Positions 56,021 to 64,000 of a stretch of DNA of 64,000 bases are shown here, piece by piece. Source of the DNA: Candidatus Poribacteria bacterium (lineage in GTDB: Bacteria; Poribacteria; WGA-4E; WGA-3G); NCBI GenBank assembly GCA_965220325.1, contig OZ244821.1:4381924-4445923 (forward strand). Direction: 5' to 3'. The first letter of the stretch is position 1. Each line of letters starts with the position of its first letter. The notes under the pieces are model-generated. The model was not told the origin of the DNA, ran no database searches, and saw only the letters and a list, made by a program, of their open reading frames with translations. A program made the translations under genes and the position numbers.

Positions 56021-57832
56021 ATGAATACGAATCGGTGGCTATGGTATAAAGTTTTACGTGGAAAATATCGCAAATATGCGGTTCGGATTTCTGTGGTTGC
56101 TCATATCATCCTATTCATTAGTGTGCCGCTCTTTTTTATTCAGACGGAGCCGCAAGTGTTGGAAGATGAAATCCAAGTAGAACTGCTTACGGAGGTGCCG
56201 CGGCAGGTCGTCAAGAAGAAACCGCCCCCGGTGCCCAAGAAAGAGCCTGAACCTGAACCCGAACCTCCGAAGCCTGAGATGCCACAGATAGAGGCGAAGA
56301 AACCCGAACGGAGAAAGATGACATCAGAAAAAGAGGTCTCTGTTGTTCAACAGAAGCCGTCTGTAGACATTGCGAAGCTGTCTGTCAGCACAGAGACGGG
56401 GGTTGATATTCAACAACCGTCTGTCAAAAGATCAGATGTTGACGCGCCGGCGTTGTCAGAGACACCCGATTTAGCAACGGATGCGAATTTACCGACCTCC
56501 CCTGAAGCGGTGCTGTCTCCGATCGGCGCGCCAGAGGGGGTCTCTGAACACGGGAGCCAGACAAAACGCAACCGTACGGGGGCGAGAAGTCCGCAAAAAG
56601 GTGTCGGTGAAGGTATCCGAAAGGCGGTCCGTGAGACAGGCGCGTCTACAGGTGTTGGTAACGACACCGGTGGTAGCAAAACCGCGACGACTGGTGACGG
56701 TGCTGCGACCTTTAGCAGTATCATCGGTGACTTGACAGATGATATTATCGCCAGTAGTGGTGGCAGACCGATTGATGTTGTGTTCGTTGTGGACGCTTCT
56801 GGGAGTATGCAGGATAACATCAACGCCGTTGCGGAACATCTCGGGCAAATGGTGGACGCTTACAAAGCCTCTGAAATAGATTATCAACTCGGACTGTCGC
56901 ATTTCAACATGGGCGGTGGAAACCCTCAGCAGAATAATATCAAGGTCTTCCAGTTGCTGAGAGACTTGTCGATATACAAACGCAGGCTCTATGAGATTGT
57001 GCCGACCGGCGATGAAAACGCGTTAGATGCGATCTCTGAAACGGTCGGGCAGCTGCGGTTTAGAACCGATACGATCAAACACCTTATCCTCGTGACAGAT
57101 GAGCCTTTTACAAGCCTACAAGGACACACCGCGGATGCCATCATCAAACTCTGTCAAAGAAACGAACTCTTTGTGAATGTGCTCGGGCTGCCCGTGCCGG
57201 AACACAAACGCCTCGCATCCGAAACCGGGGGGAGTTGGCACGCCGTCCCGGAAAACCCGATAACACATCAGCCGACAGCTCGCGCCGTAAACGCACAGAC
57301 GATCGGTGACATCATCCTTGCCGACGGTGCGAATATCCCTGTAGATGTTATCTTGTTTATTGACTCCTCTAAAAGTATGGAAGATAAAGTTCCCTACATA
57401 ACAGAGCAGATAGACTTGTGGATCCGCAACTGGGAGAACGCGAACATTGACTACCGGATCGGCGTTGTCCGCTTCCGTGCGGAGCAGACGGTCAATATCG
57501 TCAATGTCTTCAAGCCCCCGCAAACCCAAGAACAGATACACAAGATTTTACAGCTGCCCTGTCAAGATAATGAGAACCTCCTTCACGCCGTTGTTGAGGG
57601 GGAGCGAAAGCTGAAGCGACGCCCGAATGTCAAAACCCATTTCATTCTCATCACCGATGAACCGGGCGATCCAAAGGCACCTATCGCAGGCACGATCGGA
57701 TTGCTCAAGGAGCTCCCCGTCGTCGTTTCTGTCATCGGTGCGACCGATCCCTTTCAACAACAAGTCGCGTCAGCGACCGGCGGTGTGTATGTCCGAATGC
57801 CGAATGCATCGTACAGCACGCCTTATGAGTGA
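56021..57832 (+). CDS. Membrane-anchored Pro/Glu-rich protein with two von Willebrand factor A domains
   Basis: N-terminal TM; the KKPPPVPKKEPEPEPEPPKPE linker; two vWA MIDAS-like motifs (VVDASGSM, FIDSSKSM). Confidence 0.65.
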   Translation: MNTNRWLWYKVLRGKYRKYAVRISVVAHIILFISVPLFFIQTEPQVLEDEIQVELLTEVPRQVVKKKPPPVPKKEPEPEPEPPKPEMPQIEAKKPERRKMTSEKEVSVVQQKPSVDIAKLSVSTETGVDIQQPSVKRSDVDAPALSETPDLATDANLPTSPEAVLSPIGAPEGVSEHGSQTKRNRTGARSPQKGVGEGIRKAVRETGASTGVGNDTGGSKTATTGDGAATFSSIIGDLTDDIIASSGGRPIDVVFVVDASGSMQDNINAVAEHLGQMVDAYKASEIDYQLGLSHFNMGGGNPQQNNIKVFQLLRDLSIYKRRLYEIVPTGDENALDAISETVGQLRFRTDTIKHLILVTDEPFTSLQGHTADAIIKLCQRNELFVNVLGLPVPEHKRLASETGGSWHAVPENPITHQPTARAVNAQTIGDIILADGANIPVDVILFIDSSKSMEDKVPYITEQIDLWIRNWENANIDYRIGVVRFRAEQTVNIVNVFKPPQTQEQIHKILQLPCQDNENLLHAVVEGERKLKRRPNVKTHFILITDEPGDPKAPIAGTIGLLKELPVVVSVIGATDPFQQQVASATGGVYVRMPNASYSTPYE

Positions 57833-58004
57833 TCGCATCCACACCCTAAGCAAAAAGAATGTTGACACGATTTTCAAAGTCTTGTATCCTAAAGTCAATG
57901 CTGGTGATGCGGGCTTGACTTTGGGTATCCGACCCAAAGCCGCATCCCCCCTTTCAAGCTGGGATCCGGCAGCGGCAGATTCCGAAAAGTTTCTGTATAA
58001 TTAC

Positions 58005-58090
58005 TAAAGTTTGGACAATTTTAAAATAGTCACGATTTCTGGGCGGACACCCTCTTTTGTAGCATAGGCTGTTAGCCTGTGGCACATTCA
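58005..58090. repeat. Dispersed intergenic repeat, copy B (see 9836-10060)
   Basis: actaaagtttggacaattttaa ... ctcttttgtagcataggctgttagcctgtggca. Confidence 0.5.
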
Positions 58091-58222
58091 TAGTTACCGT
58101 TATTTTTCCGCAAGTTCTGTGGTAGATGAAACACCAAAGGAAATCCTTTCAACCTTTCAGAACGCAACTGAAATGTAATATGAATCGTCCAAACTACTGT
58201 ATATTAAGCGACGGATCGGAAA

Positions 58223-59320
58223 ATGATCGATACAGAGTCCACTATGACTGAAGAAAAAATTCAAGAAAAAATCCTTAAATGCCTTGAATCAGAAGTCGTA
58301 AATATTTTACTGACAGATCATTTGATGACAGATCAGCAACGTTCCGTTTTCGATGATGTTCATCGGAATATGTTCTTGCCGAAAACGATCGCATCTTTAA
58401 AAAGAAAAACCGAGAAAACTCGCGACGAAGAGATGCAGTTATTTGCGTTGAAAAACACACCGCGCACCGAGCTTCAGCAAAAAATTTATGTGAATATGCT
58501 CAGGGCGTTCATCGATGGACAAGTAAACTGGTTACAAGGAAAAGCACAACGTTCGACGACCGAGAATCGTGTCCTCGATGCGTTGACCGCAGTAGAAAAA
58601 ACATCACATTTTCGGACGCCAATTCGGTGTAGGTGGTGTTTTAAGGCGCAATATCGAATTCGGTTTGGCAATGCTGGGATAGGATTCGCAGATATTGCTC
58701 TACTGCTCAATAGGAAGCCGTTCGTGATTGTAGAATGTAAAAAACCGAAGGTTAGCCGGGCGGTTATCAGGAAGGGTAAAGAACAATTGGAATCCTATCT
58801 CAACGCATCAAGGGCAAATTTAGGTATCTTTGCTAACAGCGATGATCCCCAAAAGTGGACGTATTACGATAATAGTATCGGATTTGATAAGATTGACCGC
58901 GCAACATTTTGGAAAAAAATAAAGGCAGCATTCACCACCGAACGCGATATTGAAAAAGAGGCACAACAACTAAAACAACAGCGTATCGAGGAACGCGCCA
59001 AAGCACTCGTAGCCCAAGCCTCAGAGGATATAAACGCACGTGCAAATAAAAAGATAGACGAAGAGGCGAAAAAGCGTGTGACTGAAAACGCTATACAAGG
59101 TACAGAAGCACGGCTACTACAAAAAATACGCAGGGCAGAATCAGGGCTGCGAGAAAAAGAAAAAAAGCAACTCGAATCCCAACTACAAGGAAAAATAAAG
59201 CAATTAGAACATAAAATAAAAAGCCAACAAATAGCATTAGATGAGAGTCGAAATCGGGTAATGTGGGGGTGGTTTTTGTTTGGTGTTGCTATTTTGATTT
59301 TGATTATAAGTCATCAATAG
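58223..59320 (+). CDS. HsdR_N-like PD-(D/E)XK nuclease-domain protein fused to a long Lys/Glu-rich coiled coil and a C-terminal TM anchor
   Basis: GIGFADIALLLNRKPFVIVECKKPK matches the D...(E-x-K) core of the Type I restriction HsdR N-terminal domain family. A ~130-aa coiled coil (EKEAQQLKQQRIEERAKA...) follows, then the C-terminal WGWFLFGVAILILIISHQ. Confidence 0.4.
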   Translation: MIDTESTMTEEKIQEKILKCLESEVVNILLTDHLMTDQQRSVFDDVHRNMFLPKTIASLKRKTEKTRDEEMQLFALKNTPRTELQQKIYVNMLRAFIDGQVNWLQGKAQRSTTENRVLDALTAVEKTSHFRTPIRCRWCFKAQYRIRFGNAGIGFADIALLLNRKPFVIVECKKPKVSRAVIRKGKEQLESYLNASRANLGIFANSDDPQKWTYYDNSIGFDKIDRATFWKKIKAAFTTERDIEKEAQQLKQQRIEERAKALVAQASEDINARANKKIDEEAKKRVTENAIQGTEARLLQKIRRAESGLREKEKKQLESQLQGKIKQLEHKIKSQQIALDESRNRVMWGWFLFGVAILILIISHQ

Positions 59321-59360
59321 CCTCTCGATTGCGAGATTGAAACAAAAAGGATAAAAGTAT

Positions 59361-59603
59361 ATGTCAACACACAACCAGCAACAATTTGAATTTGCCTGTG
59401 AACACCTTGAAAACTTCCTTGAAAGTGAAAATTCAAGAATTTCTCTGTCGCCCACGGCGGTTGGCATCGTGTTTCTTCTGCAGGGGTTTGATAAGGAGCG
59501 AGCGCAGGATTTACTGAAACAGGTCTATTTTAAGTGGAATCAACAAGCCGATAGTCCCGTGGAAGAATATATCCAGCGGACGGATAGTAATGAAAACAGA
59601 TAA
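59361..59603 (+). CDS. Small hypothetical protein (80 aa)
   Basis: ORF with a weak AAGGAT RBS; no recognisable family. Confidence 0.25.
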   Translation: MSTHNQQQFEFACEHLENFLESENSRISLSPTAVGIVFLLQGFDKERAQDLLKQVYFKWNQQADSPVEEYIQRTDSNENR

Positions 59604-59620
59604 GAAAAATCGGAAACATA

Positions 59621-61741
59621 ATGAAAGGAGTAACAGCGTTCATGAAAAATACATTTTTAGCAATGTTACTCATGTCGCTTGCGGGACTGACCGTGGCACG
59701 AAATGCCTTCGCTCAAGAGTCACCACAATGGCACTTACCGGAAGGGGCCACAGTCCGTCTCGGTAAAGGTAGCATAAACGAAATCGCGTATTCCCCAGAC
59801 GGCACGCGTTTGGCGGTCGCAAGTCGTATCGGTATCTGGATGTACGACACCGAGACGGGTGAAGCCCTCGCCCTACTCGCGCCGAATACTGGGGTTAATA
59901 GTATGTCGTTTAGTCCGGATGGACAGATATTGGCAACTGTAAATGGGAGCTTTCGCGTGCATCTATGGCACGCAACGACTGGTGAACGCTTGCAAACGAT
60001 CCGCGGGGTTGCGAGGAACAACTATCTGTTTATGCTGGATAACGTGGTGTTTAGTCCGGATGGAAACACACTCGCAGTCGGCAGTCGTAGCAACGCCTTG
60101 TTTCTGTCGGACGTAAACACAGGTAAGCAACTGCACACATTGATAGAATCCGGGTATGGTAACGGGATTAAGCCTCCTATATCGTTTAGTCCGGATGGAA
60201 AGATACTCGCAAGCCATATATGGACATACGTAGATGGAGAGGCGAAAAGATACTTATTCCTGTGGGATGTCAACACCGGGGAAAAACTGCTGCAAATACT
60301 TACAGAGGACAAGTTATCGTTTACGGTTAGTAGCATCTCATTTAGTCCAGATGGTTCCATGCTGGCAATAGGAAGTGGGGACGAGATCCGATTCTGGGAT
60401 GTCAACACGGGGGAAACACTGCAAACACTTACAGGACATACGAGTGTCAAAAGCATTTCATTTAGTCCCGATGGTTCTACGCTGGCAACAGCAAGTGGAG
60501 ACGAGATCCGATTCTGGGATGTCAACACAAGGGAAACATTGCAAACACTTACAGGACATACGAGTGTCAAAAGCATCTCATTTAGTCCCGATGGTTCTAC
60601 GCTGGCAACAGCAAGTGGAGACGAGATCCGATTCTGGGATGTCAACACAAGGGAAACATTGCAAACACTTACAGGACATACGAGTGTCAAAAGCATTTCA
60701 TTTAGTCCCGATGGTTCTACGCTGGCAACAGCAAGTGGAGACGAGATCCGATTCTGGGATGTCAACACAAGGGAAACATTGCAAACACTTACAGGACATA
60801 CGAGTGTCAAAAGCATCTCATTTAGTCCCGATGGTTCTACGCTGGCAGCGGTCCCCGAAGTTTTTGGGGACCGCACAGTGCTGCTCTGGGATGTCAACAC
60901 CGGCAAACTGCAAACCTTCCCAGTGTCGCGTTCGATCTATAGTGTGGCATTTAGCCCCGATGGAAATACACTCGCAATCGGTGGAAATTGGATAACCTAC
61001 CTATGGAATGCAAACACCGGGGGACCGATACACACCTTTTCAAAGATTGCGTGTCGGGTCTATAGCGTGGCATTTAGTCCGGATGGAAACACACTCGCAG
61101 GGGGCGGTAGTGATGGCATAGTCCGGTTATGGGATATAAAGACCGGCACGGAAAAGCAAATACCCACAGGGCAAATCGGTGACACGAGAGTGGTATTTAG
61201 TCCAGATGGAAACACACTCGCAACTGTTCCAGATATAGGCCACAGGCAGGGGCGTCTATGGGATGTGAATACAGGCAAGCAACTGCAAGAATTCACCGCG
61301 GATGGATCAGGACTCGTACGCATCTATAGCATGGCATTTAGTCCCGATGGAAATACACTCGCTACAGGTAGTGGCGATTATGATCATACTGAGGGATCGT
61401 TTGGAACCGTGTCGCTGTGGGATGTCAACACGGGGGAAACACTGCAAACACTTACAGGACATGCGGACAGGGTGAGTAGTATCTCATTTAGTCCCGATGG
61501 TGCTACGCTGGCAACTGGAAGTCGGGACGGCACAGTGCTGTTATGGGAACTTAAACCTTTTTCACCGGAACTCGAAAGAATCACAGCCGACCTCAATATC
61601 GACGGGACCGTGAATATTCAAGACCTCGTCTTAGTCGCTTCAAACTTAGGTAAAACAGGCGAAAATCCTGCGGATGTCAACGGAGATCGTATCGTGAATA
61701 TTTTGGATTTGGTTACTGTGGCAAATCAGTTCGGTCCGTAA
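59621..61741 (+). CDS. Secreted WD40 beta-propeller protein with C-terminal type-I dockerin-like domain
   Basis: Signal peptide (alternative start at 59642 after AAAGGAG). WD40 blades (SFSPDG.TLA...WDVNTG). C-terminal DLNIDGTVNIQDLVLV...DVNGDRIVNILDLVTV gives two calcium-loop dockerin repeats. Confidence 0.8.
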   Translation: MKGVTAFMKNTFLAMLLMSLAGLTVARNAFAQESPQWHLPEGATVRLGKGSINEIAYSPDGTRLAVASRIGIWMYDTETGEALALLAPNTGVNSMSFSPDGQILATVNGSFRVHLWHATTGERLQTIRGVARNNYLFMLDNVVFSPDGNTLAVGSRSNALFLSDVNTGKQLHTLIESGYGNGIKPPISFSPDGKILASHIWTYVDGEAKRYLFLWDVNTGEKLLQILTEDKLSFTVSSISFSPDGSMLAIGSGDEIRFWDVNTGETLQTLTGHTSVKSISFSPDGSTLATASGDEIRFWDVNTRETLQTLTGHTSVKSISFSPDGSTLATASGDEIRFWDVNTRETLQTLTGHTSVKSISFSPDGSTLATASGDEIRFWDVNTRETLQTLTGHTSVKSISFSPDGSTLAAVPEVFGDRTVLLWDVNTGKLQTFPVSRSIYSVAFSPDGNTLAIGGNWITYLWNANTGGPIHTFSKIACRVYSVAFSPDGNTLAGGGSDGIVRLWDIKTGTEKQIPTGQIGDTRVVFSPDGNTLATVPDIGHRQGRLWDVNTGKQLQEFTADGSGLVRIYSMAFSPDGNTLATGSGDYDHTEGSFGTVSLWDVNTGETLQTLTGHADRVSSISFSPDGATLATGSRDGTVLLWELKPFSPELERITADLNIDGTVNIQDLVLVASNLGKTGENPADVNGDRIVNILDLVTVANQFGP
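60361..60847. repeat. Four tandem 120-bp repeats (copies 2-4 differ by a single base) inside the WD40 gene, encoding 40-aa blade units SGDEIRFWDVNTRETLQTLTGHTSVKSISFSPDGSTLATA
   Basis: The period is exactly 120 bp (60361/60481/60601/60721). The only variation among copies 2-4 is catttca versus catctca. Confidence 0.8.
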
Positions 61742-61932
61742 GGCGTATGCTTGAAGAATCATTGACGTTTAGTTGACCTGTATTTTGGCATGGAGATGTC
61801 CCCGATGCAATATGATAAAAACCGATTCACATAGGTAAAAGATAGTGGGTAAAAACACTATATAGGAAATCCCATGGATTTACAAGTAGCAACTTGGGTT
61901 ATTATAATGTCTAATGTTCAATAGTTAAAATT

Positions 61933-62862
61933 ATGTTTGAAGAGATTCTTTCGGCAATGATTCGTGGGGCGACACCGCTCCTACTCGCAGCGCTCGGTGA
62001 GGTCATCTCCCAACGTGCCGGTGTACTGAACATCGGCATTGAAGGGATGATGCTCATCGGCACGTTTTTTGGGATGGTCGGATCCTTTTATATGGCGGAA
62101 TTCGCGATGTTCGCACCATGGTTTGGACTTTTAATCGCAGGACTTAGCGGACTTGCCGCTGCCGCGCTCTTTGCGTTATTCGCTATCCGACTGCGTGGCG
62201 ACCAAGTTATCGTTGGTACAGCGATGACACTTCTGGCATTGGGTTTGACTGAGGTTATCTATCAACGGCTCTTCGGTGTAACAGGCATTGCGAAAGGCGT
62301 TCCTGCGTTTCAACAGATTGACCTGCCACTCCTCTCTAAAATCCCGTTTTTCGGACGTGCACTGTTTTCACATAATATTTTGGTTTTCATGACCTTCCTG
62401 CTGCTGCCGTGTGTCTATTTTTTCCTCTACCATACTCAACTCGGGTTGCGGATACGCGCCTGTGGCGAGCATCCGAAAGCGATTGCGACTGTCGGTTCGA
62501 GTGTTCTCCGTTTACGGACGCTTTGCCTGCTATTCGCGGGGACGATGGCGGGTATGGCAGGCGGCTATCTTTCACTTGCGGATGTCCCCTATTTTACACC
62601 TGGTATGACCCAGGGACGTGGGTTCATCGCGTTGGCGATCGTTATTTTTGGGAAATGGCATCCTGTGAAGGCTTGTGGTGCTGCGCTCCTCTTTGGACTC
62701 GGTTTGGCACTCGATGCGCGGTTCCAAGCGTTGGGTTTGGGAATCCCGCATCAGTTGTGGTTGATGTTACCGTATCTGCTTTGCTTAGCAGTGTTGGCGG
62801 GATTTGTCGGACGTACTGAAGCACCGCTTGCTTTGGGGAAGCCTTACGCGGAATCGGAATAG
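61933..62862 (+). CDS. ABC transporter permease (BMP-family system, permease 2)
   Basis: Multi-TM, 309 aa, the usual partner of the 53419-54504 permease. Confidence 0.75.
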   Translation: MFEEILSAMIRGATPLLLAALGEVISQRAGVLNIGIEGMMLIGTFFGMVGSFYMAEFAMFAPWFGLLIAGLSGLAAAALFALFAIRLRGDQVIVGTAMTLLALGLTEVIYQRLFGVTGIAKGVPAFQQIDLPLLSKIPFFGRALFSHNILVFMTFLLLPCVYFFLYHTQLGLRIRACGEHPKAIATVGSSVLRLRTLCLLFAGTMAGMAGGYLSLADVPYFTPGMTQGRGFIALAIVIFGKWHPVKACGAALLFGLGLALDARFQALGLGIPHQLWLMLPYLLCLAVLAGFVGRTEAPLALGKPYAESE

Positions 62863-62887
62863 CCATTTAGTTGACAGCCGATTGCGA

Positions 62888-64000
62888 TTAAAAAGTGCTG
62901 CCGAGGCGCATGTGGAAACGGCTTGTATCTGGTGAGCTCGGGACGTGAACGAGGGGAACAGCATAGTCAACCCCAACGGTGAGGGGACCAAAGTCCAAAT
63001 AGAGTCCGGTGCCGACAGCGGCGGGTAGCTGCGTTATCGTCCCGATGTCTGCCAATGAATCCCAGACGTTGCCTGCATCGAAAAAGAGTGCGCCGCGGAG
63101 CAACCAGTAGATGGGGAAGCGTAGTTCAGTATTAAAAATGAATTGGACATCGCCGCGGTAGACACCAGCGATGTCTTCAGGTCCGAGGGATCGTTCGGCA
63201 TATCCGCGAACGGTTGTGCCGCCGCCAGCCCAGAACCGTTCAAAGGAGATAAGTTCGGCTCGGCGATTTGAACGCAATCCGGTGGTAACACCCAATCGTA
63301 GCACGGTCGCTAATACGAAATCTCTGACGAGTCTTTGGTAATATCGGGTATCGGTTGTCGTTTTAATAAAACTGGTTTCGCCTTGCAGAAAACCGCCAGC
63401 ATATTCGAGCGTAATCTTGTTCAACATTCCTCCTACGGGGTTGAGAAACTGCACGCGTGTATCATAAGTCCACGAGAGACGTAGGCTGCTCACCGTCGTG
63501 CTGAATGGGTTCTGGTCTTCAAAGACACCGGTTGCGGGTGAGAGGTCTGGCATCATCGGTAGTATTGGTTGGTTCAAGTCTCGGTAACTGTATCGGAAAT
63601 CTAAGTGGTTCGATTCCCCTAATCGCCTGCTGAGGATGAAGCTCCCTTCGAGTGCGCGGACATTGTCGTGGACCTCTAATTTTTTTGCGGATGCCTGCAA
63701 ACTGCTCTGTATCCGCCAGATTAACCAGGGTTGTGTAAGCCTCGCTTCGAGCAGGTATCCCAATTCATCTCGCCAGGCTAATCTACCGAGAATGCTCCCG
63801 CGAATATTCCGTTTAAATAGAAAATTGCTATCGGTTAGTTTCAAGGTACCGCGCCACCCCTCTGCGAAACTATATCCGAAACTTTCACTGTGTGTCCTCG
63901 GTTTCTGTTTTTCGAGCGTTATGACAACATCTTTGATTCTCAGAGCGGGATGTGGGTTGCCGGTACGTACCGCGTTTACATCGTTTTCAATTGGCTCGGC
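62888..64000 (-). CDS. Omp85/BamA-family outer-membrane protein, C-terminal beta-barrel part (gene continues beyond the window end)
   Basis: RFWAGGGTTVRGY...LFFDAGNVW...DYAVPL...FHMRLGSTF matches the D15 surface-antigen barrel. The frame is open upstream of the TTG at 63844 to position 64000 (...AEPIENDVNAVRTGNPHPALRIKDVVITLEKQ...). Confidence 0.7.
   Translation of the reverse strand, partial: AEPIENDVNAVRTGNPHPALRIKDVVITLEKQKPRTHSESFGYSFAEGWRGTLKLTDSNFLFKRNIRGSILGRLAWRDELGYLLEARLTQPWLIWRIQSSLQASAKKLEVHDNVRALEGSFILSRRLGESNHLDFRYSYRDLNQPILPMMPDLSPATGVFEDQNPFSTTVSSLRLSWTYDTRVQFLNPVGGMLNKITLEYAGGFLQGETSFIKTTTDTRYYQRLVRDFVLATVLRLGVTTGLRSNRRAELISFERFWAGGGTTVRGYAERSLGPEDIAGVYRGDVQFIFNTELRFPIYWLLRGALFFDAGNVWDSLADIGTITQLPAAVGTGLYLDFGPLTVGVDYAVPLVHVPSSPDTSRFHMRLGSTF

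Noticed and set aside
60022-60995. 294-aa minus-strand and 206-aa plus-strand alternative-frame ORFs across the WD40 tandem repeats
   Set aside because: They are artefacts of the 120-bp repeats keeping alternative frames open. The WD40 frame has the signal peptide, blades and dockerin.
1-64000. Placing the organism in Cyanobacteria on the basis of the Rpn/DUF4351, Uma2 and HNH-partner families
   Set aside because: Consensus RpoN promoters are present, and there is a NuoG-fused selenocysteine FDH, which I do not associate with cyanobacteria. The accessory genes are more likely horizontally acquired.

Overview
This 64-kb window comes from a Gram-negative-type bacterium (partial Omp85/BamA, TonB-dependent receptor, selenocysteine formate dehydrogenase), roughly mid-40s % GC by eye. 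Several accessory genes look cyanobacterial, but consensus sigma-54 promoters argue against a cyanobacterium.

**Left ~10 kb: accessory/defence island**
- A tightly translationally coupled minus-strand operon holds two diverged tandem cassettes, each an ABC-type AAA_15/21-like ATPase plus a small PIN-like nuclease-fold protein. Nine nt downstream a ResIII-type helicase gene starts and runs off the window start.
- The other genes here are an Rpn-family PD-(D/E)XK nuclease, a beta-class (Type III Mod-like) DNA methyltransferase, an HNH endonuclease with a small partner, a retropepsin-like protease and an Uma2-like gene remnant.
- A 1.1-kb non-coding island follows, with an inverted-repeat-bounded element, a dispersed repeat, an orphan promoter/terminator pair and a perfect palindrome.

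**Remainder: mostly core genes with embedded oddities**
- A CRTAC1-like TPR/FG-GAP/ASPIC protein is translationally coupled to a secreted WD40 protein; MFS transporter, dnaE and a nadD-yacG-yqeK-rsfS operon follow.
- Two Hsp20 genes sit behind three tandem consensus sigma-54 promoters; an aquaporin and a TonB-dependent receptor lie nearby.
- aroG (DAHP synthase) is preceded by a Tyr-rich leader peptide plus terminator, an attenuator candidate.
- leuA is bracketed by inverted repeats; pepA and a HigBA module are adjacent.
- A selenocysteine formate dehydrogenase alpha is split in the ORF track by an in-frame TGA with an fdhF-like SECIS.
- A BMP-family ABC transporter has an in-frame palindromic insert in its ATPase. 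Its operon is interrupted by a 7.4-kb island carrying a TPR protein, a double-vWA protein, a membrane-anchored HsdR_N-like nuclease-domain protein and a WD40-dockerin protein with 4 x 120-bp near-identical tandem repeats.

No CRISPR array, rRNA or tRNA was recognised.
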